The translations under genes and the position numbers were made by a program. A stretch of 64,000 nt of DNA from Octopus sinensis. Taxonomy: Eukaryota. The notes beneath the pieces were generated by a model that saw only the letters and a program-made list of their open reading frames with translations, was not told the origin of the DNA and searched no databases. The stretch lies in assembly GCF_006345805.1 (NCBI RefSeq), contig NC_043005.1, positions 19,964,001 through 20,028,000 on the forward strand, in the 5' to 3' direction. Below, one piece after another: positions 54,404 to 64,000 of the stretch. Every line of letters starts with the position of its first letter. The first letter of the stretch is position 1.

Positions 54404-55345
54404 TAATGTTTGCTTTACCTCACATGCATAAGTGGGTGGGTTTTCTCCAGCATCGCATGTCATCATATATCACAATCCTTTGCCATCTCCTACGTGAGGT
54501 TCAGCTTTTTCAAATCAGTCTTCAGTATCTTCCTAGATGTTCCTTTTCTTCAGGTTCCATTAACTTTGTATACTCAACACCTTATAACAATTTATGCAAT
54601 TGTCATCCATGAGCAGACTACATAGACTTCTTTCTTAAATACTACATCTGATTCCTATTCTATCCAATTTTTCTCTTGGCTCGTTTGTGTTCCATTATTC
54701 ATGCCCACAAGCATCGCACATCCAATGTTTACTTAATTTCTTTCTACTCTTCTTCTCAAATCCTTTGCATTCAAGATCTATATCATACTATCATGAAGCA
54801 TTTCACTTCATACACAAGCATTATACAATTTGTCCGTCATTCTGAGAGAGAAACCTTTTGTTACCAACAAATGTAGTAACTCACCGAACTCTATCTTCCA
54901 TGTTCTTTCTCTGGCTACAATGTTTTCAGAGCATCCACCTCCACTGTTTTGTAGGTCAACTAGCTAATGAAAGCTGTCATCTACTTCTAGGGAGCTCTCA
55001 GGTATTAAAAACAAATCTATTTCATGTGTTGTTATTACTTACTACTACTGTACATCTGCTGCATATGAAATTTATCTTCTTTATCTTGCCTGTGATCCAG
55101 TCAAACATCTGTGTCACTAGTTTACACTGGATGCACCAATTTGAATTCCTATCTCCTCTCTTTCAGTATATTGAACATTGTCATTTTCTTGATTGGGTCC
55201 TGTATTCTTTCCTATTTACTAAAACTTTAGTCATTGCTAGGTTTACCTTGAGGCTTGTTGTCAGTATTAAGTTTTACTTGAATGTCTCAAATTTCTTCTT
55301 TAAATCTAATATAGATTCAGCTACAATAATTAAGTTATCAACACA
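54401..55345 (-). mobile_element. Decayed RTE LINE 3' ~1 kb (RT end, Cys-rich insert, C-terminus, short 3' UTR)
   Basis: IVAESILDLKKKF..LKVNLAMTKVLV...CIQCKL...FICSRC...SLEVDDSF..L.D..SGGGCSENIVAR, with many stops. Confidence 0.75.
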
Positions 55346-55554
55346 ACGGAGTGTCCATTAGCAACTGGTCTTCTTCTATAAGACCAAGTGGGCTATGATA
55401 AATGGAGTAGGTTATGAAGACTATGCCCAGATGGACCTCCACCTGCATGTTAAATATGGCCCTGAACTCATTGCTAACACTTATCAGGCTGACCACAATT
55501 TAGCACATGGCTTGTGTAGCCTTCGTAAGTTGTTCATCAATATATATAAAGTTG

Positions 55555-55774
55555 GTAAGATGGTGAGTTAGCAGAAACGTTAGCATGCCAGGCAAAATGC
55601 TTAGTGGTATTTCGTATGTCTTTACATTCTGAGTTCAAATTCTGCCGAGGTTGACTTTGCCTTTCATCTCTTTTGGGGTCGGTAAATTAAGTACCAATTG
55701 CATACTGGGGTCGATCTAATTGACTCCCTCCACCCATCCCAAAAATTGGGGGCCTTGTGCCTAGAGTAGGAAAG
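55555..55774 (+). mobile_element. Full-length subfamily-B SINE with 16-bp TSD
   Basis: TSD AATATATATAAAGTTG (55539-55554) / AATATATATAAGGTTG (55775-55790). Confidence 0.9.
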
Positions 55775-58257
55775 AATATATATAAGGTTGTGAAACTTAT
55801 TCTCTACCTGAATAGAAATACTTCCTAGTATGAATTAAACTCTTATTGTGGGGTGCAAGAGATAGCATCTTATTTCATTGAGAACTTGATACTATATCTC
55901 ATTTCCCCCCTCCCTCCCCCCCCACACACACAAAAGCAAGTAAAAGTATTCTGACACATATACACATACACATAATCAAATGTAAAAATGCATGTAAATA
56001 TGCCTATATACACACTGAACCATAAACAAGATATTCAGTATCAGATTCTGGATTGGAATGAAATCAAATTTGAGGTGGAGGTTTTATCAGAACACAGGAC
56101 GATTGATGAGAGGAGGAAATCATTATACATATTTATATAAAATATTGGTTTGTATATGATATTTATATACAATATTGGGTTTCCTAAATCAATATTGTAA
56201 ATTTCAGATCACTTACATAGAGAGAGAGAGATACCTGTTATTTAGAAGATGAAATCATGCCAAATGTAATGTTCGTTCAGCCCCAGGTTGACCCTATTCA
56301 AATTGGCCTATGATCAAATGCATTTCTGCTGTGACTATCCCATCTTTTTGCATGATATATAAGTACTAAATAATTTAATATTCCTTTGCCGTTTTTAAGA
56401 TGGTAGGGCTTGATTTGGATGTTGCTATTTCTGGCAGATTGAGTGATCTCGTAGAGTTTCCCCCTCTTTGACTCATTGCCAAAGGTGTTGTAACCGAAGC
56501 TGTTAGTGTATGTTGGTGTATAATGTATATTGTGAGATGATGTGTAAATTAATGTTTCAGAAAGGGTCATTCCTCTGAGAGGAAAGGTGCAATACATTTA
56601 AGAAATTTTCCATTAAGCTTGTCGGTAAGTGAGAAGAAGGTGGTTTGTTTTGATGAAAGGATCCACCCAAAATCTTAGTCACTACTTCCTCTTTCAGTAC
56701 AAGAACAACAACAAACCTCTTCTGTTTTAGTCTTTTTTTTTTAGTTCCATTTTTGCTGTGCTTTTTCTTATTTTCAATTTGATTTGTTCTGGTGCAGACT
56801 ACCACAATCCCATCAGTCCTGATGACTTTCCTTATTTATACTTGTATTGTAAGGTGATAGGGTTAACAAAACAAAAAATATTTAACTTTTTTTTCTCTTA
56901 CTGGTATATGGAAAAACTGCAAGTGGGTGATGTTGACCATCTCAACCAATCAGTTTTTTTAAAGATTGGTGTACTTTCAGGAAAAGATTTCCATGAAATA
57001 CACACACACACACAAACAAACAAACATATGTATACATTAGTGATCGAGAGGTGATGACTGCTTAATGTTTTTTCCTAAAGAAATCCCTACTTAGCTTCCA
57101 TGCTGGTAAACATGACACCTAGTGCAATGTTAAAATTATTTCAACCAGATGTTAAATATATTGTGGAAAAAATATGAGATAGTGACTGAACATTCTCAAC
57201 CTTCCCTCTTCTATTAACATATAGTTTTATTTTTTATATTTACATTTTTTGTTATTGAATCCAAAGGATAGTTTTCTGTTTATCACTTTGAAGTAATCTA
57301 ATCTAGTGTCGAATGACGTTCTTGAAAAGGTTGTTAAAGCAGTTATATCACACAGATGTAAAATAAAAGGTGTAAGGACAGTTTTATTATTATTAATATT
57401 ATTGAAAGCAGTGGATTGGCAGTACTAATAAAGCATTGGGTAAAATGCTTTGCTGTAATTTTCCATCTCTGTACAATCTGAGTTCAAATTCTAACAAGAT
57501 CAACTTTTCTTTTGACATCCTTTTTGCTCCTCTGTCAATAGATTTTCTTATTCCAGAAAATGATATACTTCATCAGATCTGAGGCTAGTTAATAGTTCCC
57601 TTGAGTAATGGCAAGTTGTTCTCTAAGTTTTATAAGTTAGTCAAAAGAGGTGCACCAGCTCCCATGATCTTTGCAGATCTTCCCCCCTCAGTCCTAGACT
57701 GATGAAAGTTATGTGGCCAATACAAAACCTGAATGCCTGAAGTTCAGTGTCTCTCTGCAGGGAAAATGTGGACAAGAAGAAACAGTGTTGTCTGGTTTGA
57801 ATATTTACAACAAAGTGAACTTCACTAAATGTTCTTCAACATTTAGTTCAAATCTCAAGGTGGTTGACTCCATATTTTAACCATTTATCTCTGTAGAATA
57901 AATAAAATAATACCTGTCATATATTGGTGTTCCAGTCAACTGACCATATACAACCCTGAAAACCTATCATCTAAGCATTGATATAGATGATACTCTATGC
58001 TCCATGTATCAACAACATGTCCCAAGATGTCTACTTATATGAATATACTAATATTGCCATATTTGGTAGTTGTTTCTGTTAAGACCCAGGTCAGCCCTAT
58101 TCAAGGAAACTTATGATCAAAGATAGTTAAATCATTTTTTTCTAGACATAAAGCATTTAATACGTCAGGAGGAGTTACTGTTATTTTAGCTGGTTGTGAT
58201 CAAAAATAGCCTGCCATCCCTTCCCCAACATTGTTTTGTCAACGTTATTTGGTCAGT

Positions 58258-58473
58258 AAGGTGGTGAGCTGGCAGAAACGTTAGCATGCCAGGCAAAATG
58301 CTTAGCAGTATTTCATCTGTCTTTATGTTCTGAGTTCAAATTCGGTCGAGGTCGACTTTGTCTTTCATCCTTTTGGAGGTCAATAAATTAAGTAACAGTT
58401 GCATACTGGGATTGATCTAATCAACTGGGCCCCCTCCCTAAAAATTTCGGGCCTTGTGCCTAGAGTAGGAAAG
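58258..58473 (+). mobile_element. Full-length subfamily-B SINE with 17-bp TSD
   Basis: TSD AACGTTATTTGGTCAGT (58241-58257) / AACATTATTTGGTCAGT (58474-58490). Confidence 0.9.
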
Positions 58474-58847
58474 AACATTATTTGGTCAGTTCCTTTATCT
58501 CTTTCTTTTGGCACCACATAGAGGTATAACATTGCTACTTTTGCCAGTGATGCTAAGCAGCTATCACATTAATAATTAGCAGCAACCCTAACACTAACGA
58601 TATTCTGTTTGTATCCTGTCACAGGTATTGTTTAATATCTGCAATAAGCTCACTGAATTTATAACAAGCCAGTCCACCAAGCTAAATTGAGTATCCATGA
58701 GGAAATATAACCGATTGATCTAATCAGTGGAGGTACACAGTCTGTTTAAGTGAAGGGTGCATTTTTAACTTAATGTATTAAGTTAAAAATCTCCATAAGC
58801 ATCATTTAATGTCTTATCCAAAAAGTAGAAAGTGGTAAATATACATA

Positions 58848-58892
<45 letters not shown>

Positions 58893-60888
58893 GCAAGTAC
58901 ATACACATGCACACACACATATACACACACACACAGAGGAAGAGAGTTGTCAATCACTTTGTCTTAAAACAGAAGATAAGCTCCATCACTTCTTGATATC
59001 TTCCATTAATGGTGATGGATAAAAGTGAATGCAAATTACCATATAGTTATAAATATGTATATATCTTCGTAAACAGACGTATATACATGTGTATGAATGT
59101 GTGTGTGTGTGTATGTGTGTGTGTATGTGTGTGTGTTTGTGTGTGTGTGTGTATATATATATATTTGTGCATGTGTATGCATATAGTGGAGGTAAACAGC
59201 AAGATACGTATGTGTCTATAAATCATACAGACAAGTGTGTGTATGTGTGTGTGTGTGTGTGTGTGTGTAAATTAAACAGATCAAGGTATGCATGCCTTTA
59301 TGTTATTTCTATTAAGATTCTTCGGCAATAGAACAGCTTTTTTTTTTCTTTATCTAGAGTGAAAATTATTCTAATCTGAAGTGGACGTAGTTTGTCACAT
59401 ACACACACAATTTTTATGAATTATAAATACACACACACACACACAAACATACAGATATTTTCCATTGAAAATATCTTTTTCTGAGTATTATCTGCATATA
59501 TTTCAATGATTTATATTAAAGCAGCAAGCTTTAGTCTCTAACTAAAAAGCCTTAAGCAAGAATGTTTGCTAGTGAAAATCTCTTTCTTGAAGGTGGGGAG
59601 GGATTTTTAATTCTTTTTGTCTTTTTTCTTCGTTTTTTTTTGTCTGTTTTTTTTTTTATTCAAAACATTTCTTACAGTATTCAATTTTTATCTTATTCTA
59701 CATTGAGAGAGATATATTGTTAGCTGTATGGTAGATCAATACTCTTGCAATTACTCTAGGAGTCATACAATTGATGTTTGAAATCCCCTTGCCATTTTGG
59801 TATCTGGATCCATGTTATCTATCAGTTAGAGATGGAAGTGAAATTTATTCATTTCATGAGACTTTCTAAAGAAATTCATATCAGATCAAATAAGGATTCA
59901 AAAGAAAAATAAAATGTAAACTATGTTGTTGTAGTTGTTGTTGTTGTTGTTTAACTCCACGTTAGACTTAGTGGAGCAAGGTCTTATTGACGAAAAATAT
60001 CGTATAGCTAAGACTATGTAATTCAATTGTGACCTTTTGTCCTAAGTCAGTAGGATGTGATATAATGGAGATTGGTGCTATTTCTACCAGGTCAAACAAC
60101 CAGATATGGGGTTCTTTTGTTGGCTCATGTAAGCTTAGTGATTCTGTTGTTGCTGTTGTTTAGCCCTAGGTCAGCTTTGGTCAAAGAGACTTACAGTCGA
60201 ATGCATTCCAGCAATAACAATAACTTTTGTTGGGGTTTTTTTTTGTTTTTTTTGGGGGGGAGGGGTTTCAAACATAGCCTGAGTGATCATATTGAAACTC
60301 TTTAGTTGGTTGTTATGCTCTTAGTGTGAAGCAAACCTTTCTTCCAGTCCTCAGATCTGAATTGGCAAAATGGTGAAGCTGATCACACTTTTGGTTGTTC
60401 ATTTGGTGGTTACTAATTCAGTTGTAGGTGTGTTGTAGAGATTCTGGTCAAAACTTGTTCTTCTACATAATCTCAGTCCACCTGGCTTTCAGTGGGAATA
60501 GGTACTTTCAGTTTATTTAAGAAATGTTGTTTGTGATAGGCTGGCCTTTCATCCAGGAGGCTAGTATGAAGTGATGCTTAACTTGTCTTGCCTTCAATAA
60601 GGAATACATAAATATATACATTGTCATCATCATCGTTCTCACATCCATTTTTCTGTTTACATGGGTTGGACAGAATTTGTTGAAGTGAATTTTCTGTGGC
60701 CTGGTATCATTCCTGTCACAAACCCTCACCTGTTTCTGAGTAAGCTAATATTTCCCCATGACCAGAAATGTTTACACAGAATATTGGAAATGATGGACAC
60801 GATTTGCATTTACAACTATGTGATATCAAGACAAAGAGACAGTAACATCACACACACACACACACACACGTATATTTATATATATATA

Positions 60889-61074
60889 TGTGCCGGTGGC
60901 ACGTAAAAAGCACCCACTACACTCACGGAGTGGTTGGCATTAGGAAGGGCATCCAGCTGTAGAAACACTGCCAGATCAGACTGGAGCCTGGTGCAGCCTT
61001 CTGGCTTCCCAGACCCCAGTTGAACCGTCCCACCCATGCTAGCATGGAAAGCGGACGCTAAATGATGATGATGA

Positions 61075-61078
<4 letters not shown>
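60889..61078 (+). mobile_element. RTE-type 3' tail (low divergence)
   Basis: One partial 60-bp unit, the conserved tail and (GAT)n. Confidence 0.8.
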
Positions 61079-61116
<38 letters not shown>

Positions 61117-62239
61117 CAGGTTTCTTTCAGTTTCTGCCTACCAAATCCACTTACACTTGCCCATGGTGACATGCAATAGGACTAAATCTGGAACCACTTG
61201 GGTCAGAAGCAAGCCCCTTACTACGAAGCCATGCCTCTGTGTGTGTGTGCACGCATGCATGCACGAGTGTGCACACACAAGTTTTTCCTTTTGTTTTGAA
61301 TTTGTCAATCTATGGTTATATTTTAAGCAAGAAATATAAGAAATATTTATATTTTCTATATAAGATATGAAAATTTGCAAGCTACATGAAATGTGTACAT
61401 AGACGTTAATGAACCATTAGTATATATTCTCCCAGATACTTATATGTGTGCATAGTCTACTTGTTGTTTGTTGATCAAATTTCAGCTTTTTGGTTGAATA
61501 AAATTTTCTTCAGGAAAAACTGTTTGCTATACAATTTGTTCATTTAGCATACCATTCGTATATGCCCTCCCAATCACTTACACACATGTGTAGTTGGCTT
61601 GTGGTTCATTGATCAAATTTCACCTCATTAGACTGGTTGAATTTTCTTTAGAAAAACCATTCATTATTCAACTTGTTTACAAAATAAATGTTCAAATATG
61701 GGTACCTCACTGCTGTGCCCATATATGTTTATGTATTTGTCTTGCAAGATTTTTGACACATGGGACAGAGAGTTGCTGCAGATGTCACAGAATGTATGAT
61801 AAAAGAACTGTGACAGACAAATAAACTAAAAAATAACAATACTAATAAAACTGAAGTAAAGGTTAAATAAATGGTGCATGCGTTTAATTGGCAAAAGATG
61901 ATCATCCCCAAGTATAACAATGTGCGCGTGTGTGTGTGTGTGTGTGTAGATAATGTGTATAATAACCGTCTGAGCTTATATGGATCAAATAGTGTTTACT
62001 GAAACAGATTTTTTGTGGCTGGATGCCTTTTCTGTCACTAACCCTTCCTGTTAGCAAGCAAGGTAATATTTATTGATGACCAAACATGTTTCTATTGAAT
62101 ATTGCAAAATGAATGACACTGCTTATATGGCAACGATACACATTTACAACTATCATGTGACATAATGACAGGGAGACACAAGCATACATACACTCTTACA
62201 CACATATATATATATACACACATACATCTAGGAACAGGA

Positions 62240-62975
62240 GATTGCCACATAGTACCAGGTGAAAAAGAGAGACAGTGACGCTCTTGTAATCCCAAGGTGC
62301 AACTACATGTGTAGGCTATGTCATGTTTCTGTGGAAGACATCACACATGTGATTAGCAGCTGCCCTAAAATGTCACCATGGTACTACTTCCCTATGCGGC
62401 ATGATGTTGTTGCTAAAACAATTTACAATGCCCTCCACAAAAAAGGGTGTCCTGAAATAAACTTAGAAAATCCTTCTGTTATGGAGTACATTCATAAACA
62501 CCAACTCAAGGAATACTGGGGGAATATTCCCATCAAAACTTCTGTCAAATATAAACATAACAGTTTGGATATTGTTTTTTGAGACATAGGGGCAAAGGTA
62601 TGTACCATCATAGTGGTCAGCTGCCTGCAGATATAAATATTTCTTTGAAAAGCAAAGAAAAAGAGGATATCTATGGACAACTGCTTCAAAACCTCCATAT
62701 GAATTCATATTCATACCAATAACAATTGGAGCACTAGGCTTTGTTAGTAAATGCTTAAAGGAGAATCTGGATAAACTGGAATTTTCAGAAAGAGAAACTG
62801 ATTGGTTGATTCATACATTACAAGTGCAATCTGTGAGTGGAACAGTAAAAATATGCAAGACTTTTCTCAAGTTCCACATGTGAATATGTCTGTGTTAGCT
62901 ACATCTCAAAGATGGAACCTTGTATCTTTGTTGGAAACCGGCTCCCTCCTCAGTGGAAAATTTATAATAATTAAA
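62240..62975 (+). mobile_element. RLE-type non-LTR retrotransposon 3' end (divergent R4-like lineage)
   Basis: CRLCHVSVEDITHVISSC, MRHDVVAK, KHNSLDIV, IPITIGALG, LQVQSVSGTVKICKTFLKF*; 3' UTR ends in tataataa. Confidence 0.8.
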
Positions 62976-62993
62976 AAATAGAAGAGACATACA

Positions 62994-63045
<52 letters not shown>

Positions 63046-63210
63046 TGAATAAATGAAAGAATGGAGTCGAACGAAGATGTTAACAAAATTCCTTACTCTC
63101 AACACATGTTTCGAAGACGGCATACTTTTATTCCGAAGGAATAAAGGGTGAATTTGCTACCCAGGTATCGGTTAAACGAATTTTCCATGCTAGGATAATT
63201 AATTCACTTA

Positions 63211-63253
<43 letters not shown>

Positions 63254-64000
63254 CAGTCTTCTTTCCATTTCCACATACCAGATCCACTCACAAGGTTTTG
63301 GTCAACCTGGGGCTGTAGCAAGGTACCTTGCAATGAAACTGAACCCAAAACCAAACTTCTTCACCACACATCCATGCTTGCAATATATATATTAGTTAGT
63401 CATTGAATTCAACTCTTATGAATATATAATGGTACAATAAACAATTTTCTGAATTTATAAAGGAAGAATTAGACATTTCTTTGAACTCACAGCTGTAACT
63501 TCATTCACACCGAATGCCTTCTGCAAATACTCCTTCCTTTCTTATGAAGTCACTTTTATCAGAATAGTTTTATTGTGATAGCGTCACAATTATTCCTCTT
63601 GATGCTGTTGTTGTCATTATTGTGTTATCTGTTTCATTTTGTTACACTTCAGCATTTGATATTGTTCTCACTCTTTTATTATCCCTCAGTTTAGAGTCGC
63701 TGTATCTGCAACTGAGAAACCATTCCTCTGGGTCTGTTCTTCACTTTGTAGAAACTGCTTTTGTCTTTATTGTTTATTGCTTTTCAATCACATGTCTGTA
63801 TATTCATATGGATGGTATCTCTGCCTATTATTTGGTCTGTATGTCAGCCAGCTAGTGTGTCTGTCTGTCAGTCTTTCTGTCTCTCTCTATATTTCTATAC
63901 ATTTCTAGACATCTCAATCAGTAAAAACGGAAATGAAATGATGTGAAAGCGCTTAAAGGTCTATGACTCAAATATTTTGTTTACATTTCTGCTATTGTTT

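Noticed and set aside
55408-55555. gtag|GTTATGAAGAC as channel exon 2
   Set aside because: It reads GYEDYAQ..., has no polypyrimidine tract and shows no K2P homology.
57695-57730. CTGATGA hammerhead core
   Set aside because: No stem II followed by GAAA and no stem I or III pairing.

Overview
AT-rich, microsatellite-dense eukaryotic DNA. The repeat landscape looks like a coleoid cephalopod, probably Octopus; this is inference, not verified. The only host gene I can support is coding exon 1 of a TASK-type two-pore K+ channel (KCNK3/9-like, 1354-1636, +). Its phase-1 intron splits the first GYG selectivity filter, and I found no exon 2 in the remaining ~62 kb. The rest is intron filled with transposon remnants: RTE, CR1, R4/Dong-type and possibly Tx1 LINEs; tRNA-derived SINEs of several families; mariner, maT, hAT and piggyBac elements; and a non-autonomous Helitron. 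Nearly all other ORFs in the track are microsatellite artefacts or transposon fragments. The most notable pattern is a polarity rule at (TTA/TAA)n microsatellites. R4/Dong LINE ends, one SINE subfamily and an unclassified ~560-bp element ('X') co-cluster in these tracts with fixed orientation relative to the repeat strand, and all three flip together where the microsatellite is inverted (24.7-25.9 kb). Boundaries of degenerate repeats are approximate. No database searches were run.
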